Below are positions 1 through 10,623 of a stretch of 64,000 bases of DNA, piece after piece. The stretch comes from Babesia bigemina (taxonomy: Eukaryota), in contig NC_027219.1 in NCBI RefSeq assembly GCF_000981445.1, positions 62,001-126,000 on the forward strand. The letters are read 5' to 3'. Position 1 is the stretch's first letter. Every line of letters begins with the position of its first letter. A program made the translations under genes and the position numbers. The notes under the pieces are model-generated. The model ran no database searches and was not told the origin of the DNA. It saw nothing but the letters and a program-made list of their open reading frames with translations.

Positions 1-2090
1 CAGTGCCCGCGACCCGCCTGCCTCAGAGCCCGTCCGCAGCGGTGTAGGCGTGCCGGCGGTGGCGGCAAGGTGACTGGTGGTGGGAGCCAGGCCATCACAG
101 CCACATAGAAGTGCGTACCATACTACGTCCTATAGCTATTAAGTGCCGGCAGTGCATTGAGTTGCGGTATCTGCTAGACCCCGTATCCGCTGACACGGCG
201 GCTGCGCGGCGCCGGGGGTCGTGGAGCGAGGCAGACAGACACGGCCTACAGCACGCAGCACTGCGCCAAACCTGGTCCAATCTGTCATCTGCCAGCAGTG
301 CTTCACTGCCGTGCCATAGCTGCCATCCCTCCGGTGCCTCGACTGCCAAGCCCCCAGTCCGGGCACCCCGCCCGCAGGCGTCACGCACCGGAGCCCGGCA
401 CAACGGGCGGATGTGGGCTAGGATAGGGAGGCAACACAGGCACGTAACCACACCAATGTGGCACCAGCGCGACACTGGCGGGGTCTGGCGTGCCGTACAG
501 CCGCAGCTGCAGTTGGCCGTGGCGGCTCCGCAGGCGTGCCGGCGGCGGCGCTCCCGGAGTGCCCGGATGCGTGTCGGTGGATGGGACATATAGAGCAGCC
601 ATACCGCGACACCAGGTCACATCGTGTGCTGCGCAGCGCCTGCCGCGGTCTGGCGATGTCTCGCCCAGCGACTCCACCCGGCGCCACAGACCCTCCCCAG
701 GCGTGCCGGCGGCGGTGGATCTACAGGTAGCAGTTGGTCGAGTGCCAGCAAGTGTTATTTCAGCAAGTGTGGTGCCAGGCAGCTCCGATCACAGTATCGT
801 CGTCTTATGACGCCTGGTGCCACCGCCAGTGCCCGTGACCCGCCTGCCTCAGAGCCCGTCCGCAGCGGTGTAGGCGTGCCGGCGGTGGCGGCAGGGTGAC
901 GGTGTTGGGAGCCAGGCCATCAGAGCCACATAGAGTGCGTACCATACTACGTCTTATAGCTATTAGGTGCCGGTAACGCAATGAGTTGTGGTATCTGCTT
1001 GACCCCGTATCCGCTGACACGGCGGCTGCGCGGCGCCGGGGGTCGTGGAGCGAGGCAGACAGACACGGCCTACAGCACGCAGCACTGCGCCAAACCTGGT
1101 CCAATCGGTCATCCGCCAGCACTGCTTCACTGCCGTGCCCTAGCTGCCATCCCTCCGGTGCCTCGACTGCCAAGCCCCCAGTCCGAGCACCCCGCCCGCA
1201 GGCCTCACGCACCGGAGCCCGGCACAACGGGCGGATGTGGGCTATGATAGGGAGGCAACACAGGCACGTAACCACACCAATGTGGCACCGACGCGACACT
1301 GGCGGGGTCTGGCGTGCCGTACAGCCGCAGCCGCAGTTGGCCGTGGCGGCTCCGCAGGCGTGCCGGCGGCTGCGCTCCCGGAGTGCCCGGATGCGTGTCG
1401 GTGGATGGGAGATACAGAGCAGCTATACGGTGACACCAGGTCACATCGTGTGCTGCGCAGCGCCTGCCGCGGTCTGGCGATGTCTCGCCCAGCGACTCCA
1501 CCCGGCGTCACAGACCCTCATCAGGCGTGCCGGCGGCGGCGCTCCCGGACTGCCCGGATGCGTGTCGGTGGATGGGACATATAGAGCAGCTATACCGCGA
1601 TGTCTCGCCCAGCGACTCCACCCGGCGCCACAGACCCTCACCAGGCGTGCCGGCGGCGGTGGATCCACCGGTGGCAGCTGGTCGAGTGCCAGCAAGTGTT
1701 ATTTCAGCGAGTGTGGTGCCAGGCAGCCTCGATCACAGGTATCGTCTTATGACGCCTGGTGCCACCGCCAGTGCCCGCGACCCGCCTGCCTCAGAGCCCG
1801 TCCGCAGCGGTGTAGGCGTGGCGGCGGTGGCGGCAAGGTGACTGGTGGTGGGAGCCAGGCCATCACAGCCACATAGAAGTGCGTACCATACTACGTCTTA
1901 TAGCTATTAAGTGCCGGTAACGCATTGAGTTGTGGTATCTGCTAGACCCCGTATCCGCTGACACGGCGGCTGCGCGGCGCCGGGGGTCGTGGAGCGAGGC
2001 AGGCAGACACGGCCTACAGCACGCAGCACTGCACCAAACCTGGTCCAATCTGTCATCCGCCAGCACTACATCAGTACCGCGCCACAGCTA
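1..2090. repeat. GC-rich tandem repeat array with ~826-bp unit (probable subtelomeric repeat; truncated by the window start)
   Basis: CAGTGCCCG(C/T)GACCCGCCTGCCTCAGAGCC recurs at 1, 827 and 1769. Unit 1 is 826 bp, unit 2 is 942 bp (extra ~120-bp internal duplication), and unit 3 is partial, decaying at ~2067-2090. The units are highly similar by eye. Confidence 0.97.
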
Positions 2091-3239
2091 TTGCTTCAGG
2101 AATTAGGCATATCTTGTATCCATTTCCTTCGCTTTTTTTGGCAACCCACATGTTGACCATTTCTAGCATCTGCTGAGCATATTGAAGTGGCAATCGGTCG
2201 ATATTGTAGGAGACTATGGCTTATCAACCATGATTACTGAGCATGTTAATACTCCCACTCCGCGGTGGCCATGTGCTTTGAGCCCGAACAGTGACTTTCT
2301 CACCAATTCAGCGGCTGAAGCGTCCCATGCTTGACGACTCAGCAACGTAACACCTGTAGTGTGAATCGTATCTTAGCAATGGAACCGCTAGATACGTAGA
2401 GCACATTTTAGCGCTCTTCGAAGCGACGCCGCGAGTCTGTTCAACGTGATTACCACGCCAATGCTATGTTAAAGTATCCTTTGATAGCTTTATTGTATTA
2501 ATAAGCGACTCAATTTCTCACCGCATTTTGACTGAGCAGATGGAAGGCCACCAGCAGCGTCGCAGATAGCGGTTGCTCTGCAAATGAATGAGCCCACACC
2601 GGGATGAGTTAGTCGCACTTCGCTCTGTTTCTAGTTTGCCATAACTCTGTGCCCACAACGATACCTATATGAGTAGTTTTAGGCGTCCTGTACCGCTGCT
2701 GCCATCGCGTGACTGTAGTGGTACTGGCGGTGAGGCGAGCAGTGGTCGCCTGGACGCTCCGGGAACGCCTAAGGGAGACGGCCTGGTGAATTCAAGGTTT
2801 ATATATGGCATATATGATGTGCGATATACACGGAAATCTCGTGGGGTATGCCACTTTCCGGCCGGGTTCCATTTTTTCACGCCGGTCGGCCTCTGGGCTT
2901 ACCGGATTCTTGGGCATCTTGCCTCCTTGTTCTTACGGGTGAGTAGCATTTACTATTCACGTGTTTTCAATGTAGTTCACGGGGTGGAGCGGGCTTGTTT
3001 TAGCCTGCGACCCCGATTTTTAAAACTAAGTTTAATGATTACTTTTGTCACTGAAACTTTCACGAGGTAGCTTTGTACACGTAGCTCCCGTGAAGTTTCG
3101 CTATGGCTCATGAGTGGTAATATTCACGGTCTCATCTCAGAGCTTCGTTCACTCAGGCGTCTCTTTGCTCACCGCTGATTACGATCTCGACGTAGCACTT
3201 TGCATACAACGACCTAGTAGTTCGTTGAATGTTTGAACT

Positions 3240-6200
3240 ATGGCGGGTGGAATCTCAGTTGCTACTCTTAAAGAGTGTTTCATGCTTCTAGCGGAGTTAA
3301 ATAGAAGGGAAGGAATACGGCTGCAAGGTCAGGTTGCGCATCAAATGGCCACTCGTGTTGCCACACTTTATAATAGCCATGGGTTTGAATGGCAGTTGCA
3401 GCTTCCACTGAACACGTTCCTCAGGAAAGTGTCAGAGCTCCGTATTAAATTGTGCAAACAATTACCTCGACCTAAGGTTGTCATCAGCGGTCAAAATCTG
3501 AGTATTTTCGTCGATTCACTTATAGAATGCATCCCCCAGTTTCTTGCTGCGATGTATTATTTGCTTTATCGTGTTGATGCTAAGTATGTTTCAGTGGGCG
3601 GCGGAAGTTGGGCAAATTTATACGCCGGCTACTATAGCTACGGGCATGATGAGCTAAATACGTATCTCTATACAAGAGCCAGTGGTAATAAGTATGGAGT
3701 AATCCCCGGTGGATTTAATTTTGGCGATATAGAATCATGGGATTATAAAGCAAAGGAATGGAACGAAGGTAAAAATTTGGTGAAGCACATAAAAGGAATT
3801 TTAGATAGCAAAGGCAACATACATTTTCGCAATGTACTGTTCTTGTCCTTTAATGGGAGATCAGAGGCTGTGTATACGGGCAATGCTCTCGGAGTTATTT
3901 ATGTATTTTGTCAAGTGGTGGTAAACGATTCTAAAGGAGAAGTCAAAAAGGGATTGGAAGATCACGTCAAGCGTTTGAATCCAGCACGTTGTTTAGACTG
4001 GCCGAACGTAAAAGTAGTTTGCTCCAATCTGAAGTCTATTTACGATGGTTTGATTACGAAAGGTCCTTTCAACACAATTGGAGAGCCTGCAGATATTGCA
4101 CACCTCAACCATACGACGTTCGCAGAGACATTTGCTAATTGGTACGCGAATGAATCTGCGAGTTTTTTGGGATGTGTGAAGAGTATGCATTCCTGGGTTA
4201 CCACCGGTTCGTACAGTTCCCAATCATTTGTGGAGAAATTTCTTTTCCCTAGGGGTTTTGTTTTCAGAGAGGATAAGCTGAAACAGGCATCCAACGCTCT
4301 GAACCAACATACATGGGTGGAAACGCTTGTAAATCTCGTTGATAAAGAAAACGGTTTGCTAAAACTTAAAGAACTTTTGGAAGGTTGCAACTGTGTACAA
4401 AAAGCAGCGAACAACCCCGACGTAACTTCAAACCAGGACAAGAAAGCCGCCGGACTTTCACCTCATGATACCCACAGTGAGAGCGGGTCTCCTCCCGCAT
4501 CAGTTGCACAATTTATTTCACCTTCGCCCCCCGGAGAGAAAAGACAAACGGTCGCGCAAGGGTCTACTGGTCAACTGGGTCCAGAATTGAAGGTAGAGAA
4601 CGGCCTGTCAGGACGTACTGGTCAACTAACTCCAGTGTCTTCTAAGTCTCGGGTGTCAGAACAACAACCATTTGTTCAGACTTCACCTGTGCTGCAGCCA
4701 GTGTCTCCCCCCAGTGCTCCTCGAGCCTCTGTCGTTGAAAGTAAACCAAGTGCCCGTGATGTCAGTGTAACGGTCAACGCGCCACAAGTTCTAGAGCCTA
4801 TTGCCACTCAAGATCTTGCGTTCACCAAGTTTCAAATTCAGTCGGGTCCCGCTTCACAGTCATCTGGTTCCTCTAGTCCCAACAGTGGTCAGGGAGATTT
4901 TAAACACAGTCAACAAAGCGGACGAAGTTCTACCACCAAACCAGACTCCTTCACTAATACGACAGCACCTAGCCAGGGTGCTGTTGTTGGAAGCAGTGGG
5001 GAGGCAGGGGATACGGATGTCAAATCCCAGGACGGTTTAAATTCTACTCAACCTCCTGCGCAATCTCATACTCCAAGTGATCCAAACGCAGTCTCTGCAG
5101 CGCCTCTTGACGATAGTTCACAGGTTGTTCCGACCCTTAGTCTCCGATCGTCATCGCAAGAAGATTCCCATGGTCACGCTGCAGGTACAAGCGACAATAG
5201 CTCTGCAACGGTTTCGGGAAATCAAAGCTCAGATCTGTTCAATACGGCTGATGCTGCAGCAACAGAAGCCCAACAAAGTGTTGAAAATCAGGATAATGGC
5301 TCTGTACATCAGCCAGGTCCGACACCGCCTGTTCATGCATCCCAACCTCCAGCCTCTTCCACCAGTCCGCCCGGACCCACTGGCCCTGGCAGTATGGCAG
5401 GTGATAGGATTACGGGTCTACCACCCGTTTTTTCTGAAGGTCACGACTCTGCGGCCTCCGCACCTAATGTGCTTCATCAGCCTCCAAGTGCTTCAGGTAC
5501 AGGCCTTCCGTCATCTGGTCCACCTGGTCTCGGTAGTGGGTCTAACCTACGTGGCCCGGGGTATAGATCCGAATCTATTCAACGAAATGATCAAAGGAAG
5601 TCGACAGATCGAGTGTCCGATACAGAGGGGCACGCTACCCAAGTTCCTGGTCTAAGTGGCGATGTGGGCATTGGAGGAGGTGGGGGTCAGCAAGAGGGGC
5701 AAGATAGTGTTACTCACGAACAAGAACTTGGTTCCTCTGCAAGTGCTAAACTTCAAACACGTCAAGTCGAAAGTTTAGGCTCCGAACGATCTCACTCCGC
5801 TGCGGAGGCCGGTAACCTGAGGCATAATGATTCGGGGCTTCCGCCTAACTCTGGTATAGTGACTACCCAAACACATGTGCCCAACCAAGACACTGTTCCA
5901 CCTACATCTTCTGTTGTGGAGCCTGGCCAAGAGAGCGGTGGAGGTAGCGGGGGTAATGGACTTGACGATTCACATGACAATCTTCCATCACATCAACAGC
6001 TTGTTACCTTTTCAACTTCTGCGTTTCCTTCGTCTGTAGATGTTAAAATTCAAGACCCTCCTCCATCTGTTCTCCATCCTTCCGATGGTTCTGAGGGCAC
6101 CGGTGACCATACGTCATCTTCCACTACTGAACGAAACTCACGGGTCGTACAGCTTTCTAGAATCTCCCAGACACCTGTGAATCCTGCCACTATGACTAGT

Positions 6201-9200
6201 GAAGATGATGAAATTAACGGAGGGGGTGGCGATTTGTCAATGGTCCAGGCTGCGGACGCAATGAACCAGGTTTCTACAGGTCAAGATCATGACGCATTGC
6301 AAGCGCCTGGACGCCAAATTCCGGACGTTTCGACTTCAGAATCTTCGCAGTCTTCCACCACTAACTCAAGCAAAGGCGTAACGCAGTTTTCTAGAACCTT
6401 ACATACTACTGTGAATCTTGATTCCCTGGGTAGTGATACAGAGCAGGATGAAGACACTGGAGGGGGTGATGACGATTCAGATGACGGGGATGCTGGGACT
6501 GATCTACACGGTTCTCAGAGTGAAGATGTTTCGGTTCCGAGGGGTGTGGGAAATACAGGTTCGCCAATGTCTAAGTATACCGTGACTCCGAAGCCTGGAG
6601 ATCCTATACAAGGCCCACAGGACAATATTCAGTCCGGTTCTTTTATAGGCAGTGCAGATCCTCAGGCTGTGAGTATTCAGCATCCGAACCCTCAGTCAAG
6701 TAGCACTCTTACTTCGAGTAGAAGTCCAGACGTGGTATATCCGGCGCCTCCTGTCTCCGACCCACCAACGACGCCTACCTCCAAGCACGTACCTGCATCC
6801 CCTGTCTCCGATGTTGGTGCAAATATCGACGATAATCAGGGCACAGTTGGTGGTTGGAATAACCAGGGCCTCAGAGCTAACGCCGGAAGTTTCGGTATGC
6901 CGTCAACTGGCGTGTCACGCGGTACAGTTGGGGGTAGTTCTTCATCAGGAGCTGGGGCGGGATATCTTATTCGTAGTAGTCAGCAGGCAGGAGTTTCTGA
7001 TCTGAGCCCTTCTAACACATCTGCAAATTTAGGCAGCTATGCGTCCCCTCAATTACAACCAAAGTTGGCTAATCCGGCTCGTACCATCTTTACGTTTAAG
7101 GAAACCACCGACGATCAGATTTGGGATGAAATCAAGAAAGAAACATTGCCAATGTATTTACTTACAGATTCTACAACACCTCATACTCATCATGCTTCTA
7201 TCGCCCGTTCTCACTCTGGCCATCATCGTCCCGAAACTTCACGTCGGCCCAACGGCGGTCGTACAGTTACTGGCAGGCAAAACTACGGTACACAGGCGAA
7301 TAATGGACGGTGGTATAGTAGTCATCTTTCACATAATGATTTTATGAATCTTAGATTTGACATAGATGGTGCGGAGGTGGAAGACGATTCCGATATCAGG
7401 ATGCAGGCAAAAGTAGATCGCATACTAACTGATAATGCAGTGTATAAGGACTTGCTTCGTTTAATAGCACACCAAAACAATGAAGATAAAGAAAGGCGCC
7501 AGAAAGAAGCTGAGGAGAATTATAAAAAGGATCTTCAACGTTTTGAAGAACGGAGGGATAAGAGCATACTCGACTCCGTGGAAGAGGCGTTAGTCCCAAT
7601 TGAGCGGAAAAAGAATCCATTGTATTATGATGTGCCGCAGATACAACTAACCGTACGAACGCCAGAAACGGTATTTCCCATCATCGATCTAATGTCATTT
7701 GACCAAAACCCAATCGAGGATAGCTTCGGCGTCTACAATATGTATACTAACGAAATCAATCTTTCATCGATTCCCACAGTACACATAGGACATCCCATAC
7801 GAAAAGACCTCGTATTAGAACCCCAGGATCTACAACCACCGAGGAGTCCCGCAGCCGATCTCATTATTGACGTCCCTAAGCGCACACTTCCGGAATCCGT
7901 GCCTGACCTTGATTTGCGTGTCGATTCTCTACCTCGTCAAAGTGCCTCACCACATCAACCTTTCCCCCTATTCAATCCCGCCTTAACGGTTGATATTGAA
8001 GTATCGGAAATTTCGCAGCACGCGCTGTTACCGACGGACTCCGATACAGATGTTTACAAGACTCCGGCATTAGACTTCTGTGTACCTATGTGGACGAGCC
8101 AGACACCGAATGACAATCTTGAAGAAACACCAGAGATTGAGTTGTTCACCGCGGAGCCGCCGTGCACCGTCCGGGATATGCTTCGGTGGCTGGCCGGGAT
8201 TCGAAGGCCGAAACACCTTGAAGTTCTGGAGAAATGCATTAACCGTGCTCTCGGGAAAGTGCCGGACGTCATACCTGGAAATCCTACACTCTGTGTCAGC
8301 AATACCAAACTGAAATCTGAGGATGTAATTAAGGCTTTGAAACTTGCCTCCATTTTTTCAAGTTCCGTGCTCTCTGCCATTGAGCCGGACTGGAAGCAAA
8401 AGTCATCGAGGTCTGGCACTGTTAAACGTATGCATACCGATCACGATCAAGACCCCGATGGATGTGCTCTGCTATGCTGCCTGCAGGACTACGTCTACGC
8501 GTGCTATCACCAGTTGGCGTTTCTGCGTTCGCAGTGCGCTGGCGATAAATTCCGTGGTGGTTGGATGGGTTGTCAGTTTGGACGGGATGTCACCGCTGAC
8601 TCCCCCCTGCAGGCTTTTCTGACTGACGCCTACTACTCCAGGTTCAAGACGCACTTCTTCGACCCGTGTGACGTCTGCCTCAAGAGCCGTATCAGGATGG
8701 GATTCAGGAAGGGCGATTTCTCTAAGAGCCCCAAAGATGCCAGCTACTTCTATTACCTCCTGTCGCCATCCTGCAGCGGCGATGATGACCCCTTGATGAC
8801 GTTGTCTTCTTATCTCAACTGTCTAACCAGGAGGACGCCACGCACAACCGGGGAGGTCGTCTCTTTTTTCCAGCATTTCGGTAGTGAGCTGCATAAGGAT
8901 GGTATAGGAATCTTGTCCGACATGGGAACTGCCCTGTCCACTCCATATCCCAACTGCGCTGAATGGGACCATCTTGGTCGCCACGACTTGGACGCTGTCC
9001 GTGGCATACGGGTTTCCGAGTCTCCTATCTCCAAACACGACAATGACCACGCCGGGACCCTATCCACACTGGTGGGCTGCGACACAACCAATGTGCAGTG
9101 CACAAAACTGCTGTCGCCCATCACGCACCGGGCTTACGCAATGTACTCGCCGTGCTTCGTCCACACCTACTTGAGCTGGGCGGTCTACCTGGCCGACACA

Positions 9201-9683
9201 CTCCGCGAGTCACTCGACAGGTTGCGTTACGATTTCACTAGGCACAACGTTTCCAAGTGCGGATCAATTCATCACTGCCACGACGCCCTGCCCTACCTCT
9301 ACTTTCACGGGTTCACGCCGCCGGAGGGCACACCAAGTTCATCACTCACGTGTTCACAGGTCATCACCAAGCTGAAGGAAGTGGTAAACGGTGGGCCAAT
9401 CGCAAAGCTCATCAACTGCATGGACGACTTCTTATACAGGGTTCGGTGGCCATTCATCTACACGGTCATCACGCTGTGGTCCACCGCATTCCTCTTGTTC
9501 GCCCACACGGCGCTATACCGCCTGGACGTGCTGCGCATACAATCTCACTTCATGCGCTCCAGGGGATCTCACGTCATCGATGTCAAGGCGTTACTCACGG
9601 ACGGCACGAAGATGCCCTCGCTCTACGACATCGATTACTTCGACGACGAAGCACTCGCTCACGCGTGGAACAGAATTTATTAA
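3240..9683 (+). CDS. Large Babesia variant-antigen-like (ves-related, often annotated 'ribosome-binding protein 1-like') family protein, 2147 aa, with C-terminal TM helix
   Basis: Single long ORF: N-terminal globular domain (TLKECF..L), ~900-aa Ser/Pro/Gly/Gln-rich spacer, Cys-rich C-terminal domain (CYHQLAFLRSQC, RTPRTTGE), TM segment (WPFIYTVITLWSTAFLLFAHTAL) and a YRLDVLRIQSH tail resembling VESA1-type tails. Family assignment is from recall. Confidence 0.8.
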   Translation: MAGGISVATLKECFMLLAELNRREGIRLQGQVAHQMATRVATLYNSHGFEWQLQLPLNTFLRKVSELRIKLCKQLPRPKVVISGQNLSIFVDSLIECIPQFLAAMYYLLYRVDAKYVSVGGGSWANLYAGYYSYGHDELNTYLYTRASGNKYGVIPGGFNFGDIESWDYKAKEWNEGKNLVKHIKGILDSKGNIHFRNVLFLSFNGRSEAVYTGNALGVIYVFCQVVVNDSKGEVKKGLEDHVKRLNPARCLDWPNVKVVCSNLKSIYDGLITKGPFNTIGEPADIAHLNHTTFAETFANWYANESASFLGCVKSMHSWVTTGSYSSQSFVEKFLFPRGFVFREDKLKQASNALNQHTWVETLVNLVDKENGLLKLKELLEGCNCVQKAANNPDVTSNQDKKAAGLSPHDTHSESGSPPASVAQFISPSPPGEKRQTVAQGSTGQLGPELKVENGLSGRTGQLTPVSSKSRVSEQQPFVQTSPVLQPVSPPSAPRASVVESKPSARDVSVTVNAPQVLEPIATQDLAFTKFQIQSGPASQSSGSSSPNSGQGDFKHSQQSGRSSTTKPDSFTNTTAPSQGAVVGSSGEAGDTDVKSQDGLNSTQPPAQSHTPSDPNAVSAAPLDDSSQVVPTLSLRSSSQEDSHGHAAGTSDNSSATVSGNQSSDLFNTADAAATEAQQSVENQDNGSVHQPGPTPPVHASQPPASSTSPPGPTGPGSMAGDRITGLPPVFSEGHDSAASAPNVLHQPPSASGTGLPSSGPPGLGSGSNLRGPGYRSESIQRNDQRKSTDRVSDTEGHATQVPGLSGDVGIGGGGGQQEGQDSVTHEQELGSSASAKLQTRQVESLGSERSHSAAEAGNLRHNDSGLPPNSGIVTTQTHVPNQDTVPPTSSVVEPGQESGGGSGGNGLDDSHDNLPSHQQLVTFSTSAFPSSVDVKIQDPPPSVLHPSDGSEGTGDHTSSSTTERNSRVVQLSRISQTPVNPATMTSEDDEINGGGGDLSMVQAADAMNQVSTGQDHDALQAPGRQIPDVSTSESSQSSTTNSSKGVTQFSRTLHTTVNLDSLGSDTEQDEDTGGGDDDSDDGDAGTDLHGSQSEDVSVPRGVGNTGSPMSKYTVTPKPGDPIQGPQDNIQSGSFIGSADPQAVSIQHPNPQSSSTLTSSRSPDVVYPAPPVSDPPTTPTSKHVPASPVSDVGANIDDNQGTVGGWNNQGLRANAGSFGMPSTGVSRGTVGGSSSSGAGAGYLIRSSQQAGVSDLSPSNTSANLGSYASPQLQPKLANPARTIFTFKETTDDQIWDEIKKETLPMYLLTDSTTPHTHHASIARSHSGHHRPETSRRPNGGRTVTGRQNYGTQANNGRWYSSHLSHNDFMNLRFDIDGAEVEDDSDIRMQAKVDRILTDNAVYKDLLRLIAHQNNEDKERRQKEAEENYKKDLQRFEERRDKSILDSVEEALVPIERKKNPLYYDVPQIQLTVRTPETVFPIIDLMSFDQNPIEDSFGVYNMYTNEINLSSIPTVHIGHPIRKDLVLEPQDLQPPRSPAADLIIDVPKRTLPESVPDLDLRVDSLPRQSASPHQPFPLFNPALTVDIEVSEISQHALLPTDSDTDVYKTPALDFCVPMWTSQTPNDNLEETPEIELFTAEPPCTVRDMLRWLAGIRRPKHLEVLEKCINRALGKVPDVIPGNPTLCVSNTKLKSEDVIKALKLASIFSSSVLSAIEPDWKQKSSRSGTVKRMHTDHDQDPDGCALLCCLQDYVYACYHQLAFLRSQCAGDKFRGGWMGCQFGRDVTADSPLQAFLTDAYYSRFKTHFFDPCDVCLKSRIRMGFRKGDFSKSPKDASYFYYLLSPSCSGDDDPLMTLSSYLNCLTRRTPRTTGEVVSFFQHFGSELHKDGIGILSDMGTALSTPYPNCAEWDHLGRHDLDAVRGIRVSESPISKHDNDHAGTLSTLVGCDTTNVQCTKLLSPITHRAYAMYSPCFVHTYLSWAVYLADTLRESLDRLRYDFTRHNVSKCGSIHHCHDALPYLYFHGFTPPEGTPSSSLTCSQVITKLKEVVNGGPIAKLINCMDDFLYRVRWPFIYTVITLWSTAFLLFAHTALYRLDVLRIQSHFMRSRGSHVIDVKALLTDGTKMPSLYDIDYFDDEALAHAWNRIY

Positions 9684-10623
9684 TGATCGTCGTACGATGG
9701 CTGCTCACGATTGTTGCTGTGTATTTATGATGTGGAATGCCCGGCCGATGATGCCGAAGCACAGCCGGGGGTGTTATACTTGGCGGTACCCCTGTTGCTC
9801 ATACTGTTAGTAATTAGATGGCAACACGGCCAAGTATAGTTACATATTGTTCCATCAACTGTGAACCATAGGCCCAGCTGCTATCGTATGGCTGAATATG
9901 ACAACAGGTGACAGTGCTGCATTAGGCTACCAGCCGTTGCGCCGACTTGGGGCTTCCAGTGTGGTTGCTTCCAAACGAGCGAACACATTCGGCGCAGTAA
10001 ACATTGCTAACGCGTACATGGACGTACTATGCAATGTATGGATACGTAGGATCGGGTTTTGGTAGATATGTCGCCCATGTTCAGCTTGTCTATACGTATA
10101 AGTTGCATTACTAACCTCCGAGATAAATGTTAAAAGCTGTAGATATATAGCTTAACACTCATGTGAGACCAGCATGAGGTGTCATCCAGTCGCCCTTAGG
10201 CATTCACCTCCAATGTACGTAAACGATGCGCGCTGTCTACACATTGTCTACACACTCGACTCTCAACCAGACCGATCTCAGCAACAACCGATTTCGATTA
10301 TATAATATGTATACCATTACAGCATTGCCAGTAATATATGCAACACATATTGTGTTGCGTTTTTGCGACTTTTACGTCTGACAACTATGTACCAATGTCG
10401 GTCACCCCGGAAACGTAAAGGCTAATTATTAGTTGTAGCATCCTCCAACGATGTAATGGGATTCCAATGATATGATAGATTGATATAAAGAAACTAAAGC
10501 GGATCGCTTATATTAAAATATGCACATTGAGCTCTTTGGCCTTGTTACCGATACTATGACACGTATAGCAGGCCTTCAAGCAATAAATCTAAAACTTACA
10601 AGCCAAAATTCCTTTTAGTACAA

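Noticed and set aside
95..2066. Many overlapping 70-296 aa ORFs on both strands of the repeat array
   Set aside because: These are expected from GC-rich, stop-poor repeats; the frames are broken by indels between units and no domain is recognisable.
1..2067. CpG to TpG/CpA differences between units as a methylation signature
   Set aside because: Only about 6-7 of roughly 30 differences, which is close to expectation for such a CpG-rich unit.
1..2090. CRISPR array or transposon interpretation of the repeats
   Set aside because: There is no short repeat-unique spacer pattern, no terminal repeats or target-site duplication, and no transposase or RT; the context is eukaryotic.
2669..3070. 133-aa ORF upstream of the ves-like gene
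   Set aside because: No motif; more likely promoter or 5' UTR sequence.
10233..10253. Tandem TGTCTACACA motif as an ApiAP2 site
   Set aside because: Two short copies with no supporting evidence; indistinguishable from chance.
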